Origin: Candidatus Heimdallarchaeota archaeon | Lineage (GTDB): Archaea > Asgardarchaeota > Heimdallarchaeia > Heimdallarchaeales > Heimdallarchaeaceae | Assembly (NCBI GenBank): GCA_019057375.1 | Contig: DXJF01000112.1 | Coordinates: forward strand, 1 to 64,000 | Length of the DNA: 64,000 nt | Direction of reading: 5' to 3' | Made by a program: the position numbers and the translations under genes | Shown: piece by piece, positions 19,287-27,634 of the stretch | Layout: each line of letters begins with the position of its first letter | Numbering within the stretch: position 1 is the first letter of the stretch | The notes under the pieces: generated by a model | What the model saw: only the letters and a program-made list of their open reading frames with translations | Databases searched by the model: none | Told to the model about the DNA's origin: nothing

Positions 19287-20491
19287 TATGCATCACCCTC
19301 AATTTCTTTTAGTATTTCTTGTGGATTATGAATTGCTCCTCCAAGCTTGAATATACCTTTTACTTCAGTTTTACCATGAACACTTCTTTCTACTTCTCTT
19401 GTAATTTGTCCATAGTTGATTTCTGGAACATAAATTTTCTTTACTTGTTCTGCTAAAGCTTCTATCCTCTCATTAGGGAAAGGCCATATGGTGATTAACC
19501 GCAATAAACCTACTTTGATTCCCTTCTTTCTGGCCCTATTCACAGCCCCTTTAGCTGTTCTTGCTACTGAACCAAATGAGATAATTGCAAATTCAGCATC
19601 ATCTAACATGTATTCCTCTACCTTGATGATATCTTTCTTATTTAGTCTAATTTTATCATTAATTCTTCTAACCAGTTTATCTTGTGTCTTTGTATTTAAG
19701 TCAGGATATCCTCTTTCATCATGAGTTAATCCAGTTACCATAACTCTGTAACCTTCTCCAGCAACAGCCATAGGGGGAATAAGATCATCATCTGGCTTAT
19801 ATGGTAAGTGTTCCTCTGGAGAATCTTTCGGTTTTTTCCTTTCTACTTTTCCAATTTTACTAGCATCAGGAATTATTAGTCTTTCACTCATGTGCCCCAG
19901 AGTTTCATCCAACAAAAGTGTAACTGGTAATCTATATTTCTCTGCATAATTGAATGCTTCAATAGCTAGCTCAAAACATTCCTGAACTGAGTTTGGACAT
20001 AAAACTATTGGTTCAAAATCTCCATGGGCCCCCCATTTGGTTTGCATAATATCTTGTTGTCCAACCAATGTAGGTAATCCAGTAGACGGTCCTCCTCTTT
20101 GAACGTTGATTATTACGCAAGGAGTTTCAGTCATCATTCCAAGACCTATGTTCTCAACCATCAAAGAATATCCTGGACCCGAAGTTGCTGTCATACTCTT
20201 GACACCACCCCAAGATGCTCCCAAAATGCCAATAATTGAGGCAATTTCGTCTTCAAACTGAACAAAATTCCCACCTAGTTGTGGCAAACGTAAAGCCATA
20301 TGTTCGGCTATTTCAGAACTAGGTGTAATTGGATATCCACCAAAGAACTTACATCCAACTGCGAGAGCTCCTTCAGCAGCAGCATGGTTACCTGTAGTAA
20401 AGTGCTCTCCAGTACTTACTTCTAAAAATTTTTGTTTTTGCTTACTCATCTTCAGCATCACTCTCTTCGAGTACTTTAACATAAATTGCAA
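19286..20491 (-). CDS. korA: 2-oxoacid:ferredoxin oxidoreductase alpha subunit (KorA-type; start probably the downstream MSKQK)
   Basis: GNHAAAEGA, YPITPSSEI, QFEDE, ATSGPG, QRGGPSTGLPT. Confidence 0.92.
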   Translation of the reverse strand: MQFMLKYSKRVMLKMSKQKQKFLEVSTGEHFTTGNHAAAEGALAVGCKFFGGYPITPSSEIAEHMALRLPQLGGNFVQFEDEIASIIGILGASWGGVKSMTATSGPGYSLMVENIGLGMMTETPCVIINVQRGGPSTGLPTLVGQQDIMQTKWGAHGDFEPIVLCPNSVQECFELAIEAFNYAEKYRLPVTLLLDETLGHMSERLIIPDASKIGKVERKKPKDSPEEHLPYKPDDDLIPPMAVAGEGYRVMVTGLTHDERGYPDLNTKTQDKLVRRINDKIRLNKKDIIKVEEYMLDDAEFAIISFGSVARTAKGAVNRARKKGIKVGLLRLITIWPFPNERIEALAEQVKKIYVPEINYGQITREVERSVHGKTEVKGIFKLGGAIHNPQEILKEIEGDA

Positions 20492-20774
20492 ATTCAGGAC
20501 AAATTAACTCACAGAAATGGCACTCAGCACAATCGTCGAAAGTCTTTCCTTCTTTTAAAACAGGGGGACGATATCCTTTAGCATTAATTTCCTCTCCAGT
20601 TTCTAAAATCTCCTCTGGACAGTAAATAATACACCACTCACATTCCTTGCATCTATCCTTTATTATATAAACTTGAGAGTCAGGACCTTTTAACTTTTCC
20701 AAGTCTACAAAAGCTGGCCATTCTGGCTTCTTTCGTCTTCTTTCTAGTGATTGACCCATTAAAATGAACCACAA
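20442..20774 (-). CDS. korD: 2-oxoacid:ferredoxin oxidoreductase delta subunit (2x[4Fe-4S] ferredoxin, KorD)
   Basis: CKECEWCIIYCP and CAECHFCELICPEFAI; first gene of the operon. Confidence 0.88.
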   Translation of the reverse strand: MWFILMGQSLERRRKKPEWPAFVDLEKLKGPDSQVYIIKDRCKECEWCIIYCPEEILETGEEINAKGYRPPVLKEGKTFDDCAECHFCELICPEFAIYVKVLEESDAEDE

Positions 20775-20847
20775 TTTATAGCGCTGTCGGGTGTGATTTA
20801 TTTAGTTATTTAAAGTTTTATTTATGTATTGAATTGAAATAATAAAT

Positions 20848-20902
20848 GAATACTAATAGTATTCCTTTAGGATTTAAGTAATTGTTTTCAATCCTTAGGA
20901 TT
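20848..20902. promoter_or_regulatory. Palindromic putative operator sites in the divergent promoter of the kor-flx-hdr operon
   Basis: GAATACTA-A-TAGTATTC (20848-20864, perfect 8-1-8) and AATCCT-T-AGGATT (20890-20902, 6-1-6). Confidence 0.4.
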
Positions 20903-20968
20903 TTTTAATAATGTGATTCATGTATCTCTTCCTATTCCCCTCTGAGGAAAAATTGAAATAGTTTAACG

Positions 20969-21631
20969 ATGATAAAATTAATGTCTAAAATGTTAACAAG
21001 AGATTTGAGTGTAACTGTTCTCGGGAACACAGGAGCAGGAAAAACTACCCTTGTGCACCGATTAAAGGGAGAAGAAGTTGAAGACATCAGTCCTACAACA
21101 AGTATAGAGGTTCATCAAAAGACAATTCGATTAAAGAGTCAATCATTCAAACCTGCCTTAAGTTTAGAGAAGTATAGAAGTTATCGAGTGAGAGCAATCG
21201 ACTGTCCTGGTGATATGAGTTTATGGCCATATTGGAAAAAAGCATTAGCTGATTATAACACAAATGGAATTATATTTCTCATAGATCCTACACAAGATTC
21301 AAAGGTACAAATAGATGCACTAACTCAGGTTTCCAATTATTATCTTATGACTTTAGATGATGATGTAGTTAGAGCAGAAAGAAAAGCAAGAAAAGTTAAG
21401 GCTATTTTCTTCCTCGTTGTTAATAAGATAGATCTTATTGGAAATAGCAAAGGTAAAGCTGATGAATTAATCAAAGAGAAATATCAAACAGCTTGGAATC
21501 ATCTTAAAGAACGTTACCCAAGTAGTGGGCATTATTGGGAAGCAATCTCAGCAATTGATGAAACTGAGCAAATGATTGACACTATCGATGGAATCTTTGA
21601 AACTATCAAGCGCGAAATCTATGGAGAGTAA
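20969..21631 (+). CDS. Ras-superfamily small GTPase (Arf/Sar-related, atypical)
   Basis: G1 GNTGAGKTT, G2 SPTT, G3 DCPG, G4 NKID, G5 SAI. Confidence 0.9.
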   Translation: MIKLMSKMLTRDLSVTVLGNTGAGKTTLVHRLKGEEVEDISPTTSIEVHQKTIRLKSQSFKPALSLEKYRSYRVRAIDCPGDMSLWPYWKKALADYNTNGIIFLIDPTQDSKVQIDALTQVSNYYLMTLDDDVVRAERKARKVKAIFFLVVNKIDLIGNSKGKADELIKEKYQTAWNHLKERYPSSGHYWEAISAIDETEQMIDTIDGIFETIKREIYGE

Positions 21632-21709
21632 TCTCGGGATTTTCTATTTTTTGATAACTATCGAAAAATCTTTAATCATTTTCGTTTTAGATTCAAATCA
21701 CGTGATAAT

Positions 21710-22444
21710 ATGAGTGATTCAGAATCAGTAAAAGAATCAAAAAAATTTGTTCATAATTGTACTAAATGTGGATCTTGTTGTGAAAAGTGGTCTGAAATAC
21801 CAATATATATTGAAGATTTACAGAAATGGATTGCTGATGGAACAATTCATCCTGTTTTACCGTTTCTACAGATACAAGAAACTCCTCCAGCATATGTGCG
21901 ATTAATTATGAAAAAACCTGCTACAAATGAAGAAGATCCAAACCCATCCGGATGCCCATTATATGATTATAAAAATAAAATTTGCAATATTTATTCTTCG
22001 ATGCCGTTATATTGTGCGTCTTATCCTTTAGCATATAATGGTGAAAAATTCTATCTAGTTGATAGAGATTCTCCAGGACTTGGTAATGGAATTATGACAG
22101 CTGAAACATTAGAATCGGCAAGAGAAAGAGCAAGAAATCAATTTGAAGCTGTATCTAGTTCTATTGCAATCCTCCCCTTGCTTTATACAATGATTATCTC
22201 AAGTATTATGCAAAAAAGTCAAGAAGCGATGGCTTCCTTATCTGATGAGGATCAGCAGCAACTGGAAGAACTTTTATCAAAATCTAAAGATGATCAAGAA
22301 ACAGAAGACGAAACTGATTCCAAGGAAGATAATCAAGAAACAGAAGACGAAACTGATTCCCAAGATGAATGGGAAGATATTGATGATGAAGAAAATACTG
22401 AGAAAGAAAATACAGAGAAAGAAAATACAGAGAAAGAGGAATAA
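21710..22444 (+). CDS. YkgJ-family cysteine-cluster (Zn/Fe-chelating) protein with acidic tail
   Basis: CTKCGSCC...GCPLY...CNIY..MPLYCASYP, followed by a D/E-rich C-terminus. Confidence 0.8.
   Translation: MSDSESVKESKKFVHNCTKCGSCCEKWSEIPIYIEDLQKWIADGTIHPVLPFLQIQETPPAYVRLIMKKPATNEEDPNPSGCPLYDYKNKICNIYSSMPLYCASYPLAYNGEKFYLVDRDSPGLGNGIMTAETLESARERARNQFEAVSSSIAILPLLYTMIISSIMQKSQEAMASLSDEDQQQLEELLSKSKDDQETEDETDSKEDNQETEDETDSQDEWEDIDDEENTEKENTEKENTEKEE
22293..22435 (+). repeat. In-frame tandem repeats encoding the acidic tail
   Basis: 29-bp exact repeat at 22293-22321 and 22332-22360 (39-bp period); 15-bp unit GAAAATAC(T/A)GAGAAA three times at 22391-22435. Confidence 0.9.
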
Positions 22445-22450
22445 TCAACC

Positions 22451-23131
22451 TCAGTCTGTCTCATCTTGACAATAAAGTGATTCTGATCCCATTAAATGAC
22501 CATCTTCACTTTTTGTAGATAGATATTTTACATTATAGACATTAGGTGTAATTGCAATAGGAATTCTATCAATGACTTCTATGTTACTTCCACATAGTTC
22601 TGCTACTTTTCTAGGATTATTAGTTAGAAGCTTAACACATTTAACGTGCAAAGATTGTAAGATATCAATAGCTACAAGATATGAACGTTCATCTGCCTTA
22701 AAACCTAAAGCTTCATTTGCTTCGTTTGTATCATATCCAATCTCTTGAAGTGTATATGCCTTGAGTTTATTAAACAAACCAATCCCTCTTCCTTCTTGAC
22801 GGAGATAGATTAGTATGCCATGTTTCTGCTGTGAAAGGTAATTTAATGCAAATTCCAGTTGCTCTCTACAATCACATCGCAATGATGTAAAAGCGTCACC
22901 TGTAAGACACTCTGAATGAATGCGTAGTGGAACATCTTCCTTTCCGACTGGATTCCCTTTAACGATTACAGCATGTTCTTTCATATCTCTTAAACTTAAA
23001 AGTCCTATAATTTCAAATTCTCCAAATTGAGTAGGTAATTTAGCAATAGATCCAAAATGGATTAATTCTGTGTCTTTAAGATTTAACTCTGATATTTTTT
23101 CTCTGATTTGTTTCTCAATATCTTCAGGCAA
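22451..23131 (-). CDS. ribA: GTP cyclohydrolase II
   Basis: RIHSECLTGDAFTSLRCDC, YLRQEGRGIGL, LLTNNP. Confidence 0.95.
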   Translation of the reverse strand: MPEDIEKQIREKISELNLKDTELIHFGSIAKLPTQFGEFEIIGLLSLRDMKEHAVIVKGNPVGKEDVPLRIHSECLTGDAFTSLRCDCREQLEFALNYLSQQKHGILIYLRQEGRGIGLFNKLKAYTLQEIGYDTNEANEALGFKADERSYLVAIDILQSLHVKCVKLLTNNPRKVAELCGSNIEVIDRIPIAITPNVYNVKYLSTKSEDGHLMGSESLYCQDETD

Positions 23132-23186
23132 TCTAATTCCTCACAATTAAGTACTGTTTGAATTGCTTTTGAATGTTGATGTTTCA

Positions 23187-23468
23187 CTAATAAGTTACTT
23201 TAAAATAAGAAAGATCTCCTCTAGTTTTTTCCCATTTAACTTGTATGTCGTAAACTTTAGCTGAAGATGGACCCTGTTTAGCAAAACTAATTAGTCTATT
23301 CAATCTCTCTTCGGACCCTTCAGCAATTATTTCTACTGATCCATCCCTCATATTTCGTACTGTTCCTTTAAGGCCCAATTTCCTTGCTACATCTCTTGTT
23401 GTGGCTCTAAAAAAAACTCCTTGAACCATTCCAAATACTATAATTTCTATTCTTTTTTCTTCTACCAT
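23187..23468 (-). CDS. acyP: Acylphosphatase
   Basis: GMVQGVFFR and GTVRNMRDGSVEIIAEG. Confidence 0.95.
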   Translation of the reverse strand: MVEEKRIEIIVFGMVQGVFFRATTRDVARKLGLKGTVRNMRDGSVEIIAEGSEERLNRLISFAKQGPSSAKVYDIQVKWEKTRGDLSYFKVTY

Positions 23469-23477
23469 AGATACACA

Positions 23478-24233
23478 TCAGCCAATTTTGTTTAGTAAAT
23501 TTTCAGTAAAATCCGGTAAGGTTTCTTCACATGGTCCAAATATAGAATAATCACAATAACTCGAAATTGGGGTAGCTTCAATGTTGAATTCTATAATCAT
23601 AGAGTTGTTTTGCTTTGCATAGAGTGGTAAAGTGGATACAGGAGTAACTATACCAGAAGTTCCAATTACAAGCATCACATTTGATTGCGTTGTCCACTCA
23701 GCTGCCTTTTGCCATCTCTTGGGGTCTAAAGGTTCTCCAAACCAAACAACATCAGGTCGAAGAAGATTGGTTTCACATTCTGGACAGTATGGTAATTCAA
23801 TTCCTTTTTGTGCTTTTTTTTCATCATCCCACCTTTCTATGTTAGTGCAACTAATGCATCTTGCATACCTGATTCTGCCATGTATCTCAACAATATTTCT
23901 GGAACCTGCTATTTCATGTAATCCATCGACATTCTGAGTAATAATTCCAAGAGCAATTTTCTCTTTTTCCAATTCAGTGAGTGAATAATGAGCTGGATTT
24001 GGTTTAGCTTCTAATAGGATTCTCATCCTTGCTCTATACCATTCCCATACAAGTTTCGGGTCTCTTGAAAACGCATGGGGCGTTGCTAACTCATCAGCTC
24101 TGTAATTGTTCCACAACCCATCTTCTCCTCTAAAAGTAGGCATTCCTGAAGCTTTAGAGACCCCAGCACCAACTACAGAAACTATTGTTGGATTTAGCTC
24201 AGCAACTTCATCTGCCACTGAATTGATGTTCAT
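23478..24233 (-). CDS. cobB: NAD-dependent protein deacylase (sirtuin)
   Basis: GAGVSKASGMPTFRG, TQNVDGLH, HG..C..C, C..C..LRPDVVWFGE, GTSG. Confidence 0.95.
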   Translation of the reverse strand: MNINSVADEVAELNPTIVSVVGAGVSKASGMPTFRGEDGLWNNYRADELATPHAFSRDPKLVWEWYRARMRILLEAKPNPAHYSLTELEKEKIALGIITQNVDGLHEIAGSRNIVEIHGRIRYARCISCTNIERWDDEKKAQKGIELPYCPECETNLLRPDVVWFGEPLDPKRWQKAAEWTTQSNVMLVIGTSGIVTPVSTLPLYAKQNNSMIIEFNIEATPISSYCDYSIFGPCEETLPDFTENLLNKIG

Positions 24234-24344
24234 TATTAAAATTAAGAATTACACAAATAAAAAAGTATAGGGAAAGTAATTGCTCTGTAATGCTTCAATG
24301 TACATTTCCTTAGTTTTGATCATCAATTTTAGTTTTTGTTAAGA

Positions 24345-25439
24345 TTATATGTTGAAACGTCTTTTCTTTCCAGTTACTTCTTGATATAGTTTATCAATGC
24401 TACTTGAATATTCAGGATAACGAGTGAAGGCAATTTTGAATGCCATATCAATATCTGCTTCTCCCATATTTGCAAATTGCTGCTTAGGATTTGTGGTTAA
24501 TGCATAGTATTGGGATATTATACTAGTGCCTGAATATCTTATGATTTTTACAACCTCTCCTTCTAAACCTCGAATTGATGAATCAATAATATTTCTATGA
24601 TCTTTACCTCCACCTTCAACATCTTGTTGTAATTTCAGTAACAATTGTTTGCTGAATTCGCTCTCATCACCGCCTTTAACTTGTCCTGCTATGAGATCAC
24701 AAATAACATTATCAGGATAATCAGAAACTAAGTCAGATGTTGCAAAGAGAACATCAAATTGATCTGGGGGGATATACTCCTTAGGAAACAGTGAAATCAA
24801 TAATTCTCTTCTGGGTTGAAATGATTGCAATGATGATAAAAGTGGTTTAACCATTTCTTGAGTACAAACAGCAACTACTGGTTTTCCTATTAGTATAGCT
24901 TCCACCACTTTATCTTGACCTTTGTTAATCAGTCTCATGAAGAAATAAGGTGAAGTTTCTGATCTGATAACTTCTACGGTTTGAGCTGTTGCAGTCTCTT
25001 GTTTAGTCATGATTGAGGAAAGTTTAGTGGCCCAACCTCTTATTCTCATTTGAAGAGCTTCATCTAACTCATAGCCAGGTTCATAGAGAATTAGACCAGA
25101 AAGTTGTTTTGCAATATTGGAACTATGATAGTTAAAAACTGGAACTTTTGTATAAAGCTGTGATTGCAATTCTTCTTGGATGACGTAAGTTAAACAAGCC
25201 ATAGTAATGGGTGATCTCTTGCTTTTGCATGGTATACCAAAGAAGAAAGAATATGCAACTCCCCCTGTATCATGGAGTGGCATAACTGCACTTGCTTCTC
25301 TTAAAATATCTGTTGCTGCAGCCCCCGATAACATACGAATAGATACTTTATGGGAATCTTCTTCTGTGAGGTTATCGCGTTGTAAGACTTTCACACCTAC
25401 GGTATCATCAAATACACTAAAACAAATTTTTTGTTCCAT
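24345..25439 (-). CDS. Hypothetical protein, DENN-domain-like (uDENN/longin N-terminus plus cDENN-like core)
   Basis: N-terminal beta-FDDTVG-beta-helix pattern typical of uDENN; EAILIGKPVVAVC resembles the cDENN core. Judged by eye only. Confidence 0.5.
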   Translation of the reverse strand: MEQKICFSVFDDTVGVKVLQRDNLTEEDSHKVSIRMLSGAAATDILREASAVMPLHDTGGVAYSFFFGIPCKSKRSPITMACLTYVIQEELQSQLYTKVPVFNYHSSNIAKQLSGLILYEPGYELDEALQMRIRGWATKLSSIMTKQETATAQTVEVIRSETSPYFFMRLINKGQDKVVEAILIGKPVVAVCTQEMVKPLLSSLQSFQPRRELLISLFPKEYIPPDQFDVLFATSDLVSDYPDNVICDLIAGQVKGGDESEFSKQLLLKLQQDVEGGGKDHRNIIDSSIRGLEGEVVKIIRYSGTSIISQYYALTTNPKQQFANMGEADIDMAFKIAFTRYPEYSSSIDKLYQEVTGKKRRFNI

Positions 25440-25585
25440 CTAAAAACACAACTTTATACTTTCTCTTAAATGTTCTGTTGAGGGAAATAGAGCTGCTCTA
25501 AAGCTATCTAGGATTTTTGGTAAAGAGACAAGCATATAGTTTTTAAATTGTATATAATATCTAATCTACCTATCCGGTGATATGA

Positions 25586-25906
25586 GTGGTAGATAATGGA
25601 GATACATTAGAATCTCTAGTCGAAAGACTAGGTCGAACTAAACGCCTTATCCTCATAGAACTTACCAAAGAAGCGGTTGGATACAAGAAGTTATCAAAGA
25701 AGCTTCGAATTGGTCTGGATACAATCAGATCACACATCAAGACTGGTAAGCATTCTAATTCACTTACTCAATTAGGATTGATTCAACAAGAGGAAAGGGG
25801 TTGGTCAATTACCGAATCAGGCGAAAAAGTATTGGAGATTTTGAGAAAAGATCCAGAATATTCTCCATTTTTCTTTGTGAACTCCACAATAGAAAATGAG
25901 AAATAG
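25586..25906 (+). CDS. Winged helix-turn-helix protein (putative regulator)
   Basis: GYKKLSKKLRIGLDTIRSHI HTH, then LTQLGLIQ..ERGWSITESG wing. Confidence 0.75.
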   Translation: MVDNGDTLESLVERLGRTKRLILIELTKEAVGYKKLSKKLRIGLDTIRSHIKTGKHSNSLTQLGLIQQEERGWSITESGEKVLEILRKDPEYSPFFFVNSTIENEK

Positions 25907-25944
25907 GACCAAAAATCAAAATTCTCTTCTTTTTTCTTTTAAAA

Positions 25945-27579
25945 TTAAAAGCAATCTAGGGCTTCTTTCACTAGTCTTGAGACTTCAGCTTTTCCCAAAA
26001 CATCTATGAGTGTTCCAGCTCTAGGTCCTGATTTTTGTGCTAGCACTATTTGATATAGTGATCTAAAGAAATTGCTAGGTTTAATTTCTTTTTCCTTTGC
26101 TTTCTCATAAAGATGTTGAGTAATAGCATCTCCTTGATAGTTTTCAGGAAGGTACTGTAGAGCTATGTCTAGTTCTTTAAGGACCTGTAAATCCATTAAT
26201 TTCACGATCTCACATTTTGGATTTTCAACTACACTGAATTTGAAGTTTTCACTAGCATAATTTTCTATCCAAAATTTCGCTCTTTGGATTCTATTTCTTA
26301 ACAGCTGCAAATCCCTATTACTGATATTGAAAGGAATTATCTCTTTGGCTTTAAGAGTTTCAATAACCTGTTCTTCATTAAACAAATAAACTTGTAAGAA
26401 TGTAACAAGCTGTCCATAATCCACCCTGATTGGCTTTTCTTCAAAAGGATCTACCATAAGAGCAAGTTCGTAAGCTTTGACTGTTTTTTCCTTGGTTTTT
26501 CTGTGTTCAATGTCCCTCTCTTGATAGTACAGTTCTTCTGCAACATCATAGTCTGAAGCTACTCCGGGCACATCCATCTCAACTTTAAAATCTGTGTCTG
26601 TTCTCAGATTAGTTCTATATATTTTGTAAAGAAATACAGATGGATCTAATATACTCGGAAATTTTGATACAGGCAAACCACTGCCTGTGCTCCCACTTAA
26701 TTTCTTACCACCAAAGGTTAGAAAACCATGAGTAATTAACATAGGTAATTTGCTTTTTCCAAATATTCTCTCGTGGATTACCAAAGATGAATCTATAGAC
26801 CCCCCTGATACACCATGATCTTTACCTGAAGATTCAACAGTAACTCCTAAGAAATCTTGTCTTGCAGCCCAGTCGAGTCGCCATTTAATTTTCCAGATTG
26901 TTTCTCCTAAAATTACGGAGGACTTCTGACCACATCCTCGTTTTTCTTTCTGACAAAAGATTTCTACCTTGATTTTATCATCTATAAATTTATAATCAAT
27001 GAGTTTTGGAGCAGATAGATTTTTACATTCAGGACATTGTATTAGAAAGAAATCTTCCATTTTTGAGCCCGTTATTTCCTCAGTTAACTCGTACATTTCT
27101 TCCTTTTTCTCAAGAAACAATTTAGCATATCTATCATATTTTCCTTCTTTATATAGTTTCGATGTAAGAATTGGATCAGGGTTGACATCAAAATCATTCA
27201 TTATAGCTAAAGCATCAGCAATGAAATGCTCTGCGTATGAATCATGACAACCTAAAGGATCTGGTACTTCACAGATTGCATGTCCTAGGTAGGGTTTCAA
27301 TAACTTACCATACTCTTTAAAGAATGCAGGTATTTTTTCAAAAGGATCCACATCATCTATATTAAGTAAATAATATGAATTTGCTCCTAAGCTGATTAAT
27401 TCTCTATGAATAGCTCTGCAAGTAACTGCTTCTTTGAAGTTTCCAATATGATAAAAACCAGATGGTGCCCATCCAGTAGCAACTATTTGTTTTTTTCCAA
27501 AAATCTTAATAGCCTCATTGCTAACTACAGTCGCCCAGTGTTCATATGATCTTTCTTCTGCTTCTTCTTGATGTGTCAT
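25945..27579 (-). CDS. lysS: Lysine--tRNA ligase, class I
   Basis: GWAPSGFYHIGN, zinc-finger cysteines, WKIKWRLDWAAR, GKDHG, KKLSGS, SGPRAG. Confidence 0.95.
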   Translation of the reverse strand: MTHQEEAEERSYEHWATVVSNEAIKIFGKKQIVATGWAPSGFYHIGNFKEAVTCRAIHRELISLGANSYYLLNIDDVDPFEKIPAFFKEYGKLLKPYLGHAICEVPDPLGCHDSYAEHFIADALAIMNDFDVNPDPILTSKLYKEGKYDRYAKLFLEKKEEMYELTEEITGSKMEDFFLIQCPECKNLSAPKLIDYKFIDDKIKVEIFCQKEKRGCGQKSSVILGETIWKIKWRLDWAARQDFLGVTVESSGKDHGVSGGSIDSSLVIHERIFGKSKLPMLITHGFLTFGGKKLSGSTGSGLPVSKFPSILDPSVFLYKIYRTNLRTDTDFKVEMDVPGVASDYDVAEELYYQERDIEHRKTKEKTVKAYELALMVDPFEEKPIRVDYGQLVTFLQVYLFNEEQVIETLKAKEIIPFNISNRDLQLLRNRIQRAKFWIENYASENFKFSVVENPKCEIVKLMDLQVLKELDIALQYLPENYQGDAITQHLYEKAKEKEIKPSNFFRSLYQIVLAQKSGPRAGTLIDVLGKAEVSRLVKEALDCF

Positions 27580-27634
27580 GGTTAAAACAACATCCTATTA
27601 CTTAACTTAAAAATTATGGTTTCTGTTAGTATAT

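Noticed and set aside
22293-22435. Direct repeats as a mini-CRISPR array
   Set aside because: The repeats are in-frame within a CDS, have periods that are multiples of 3, and have no unique spacers of CRISPR length.
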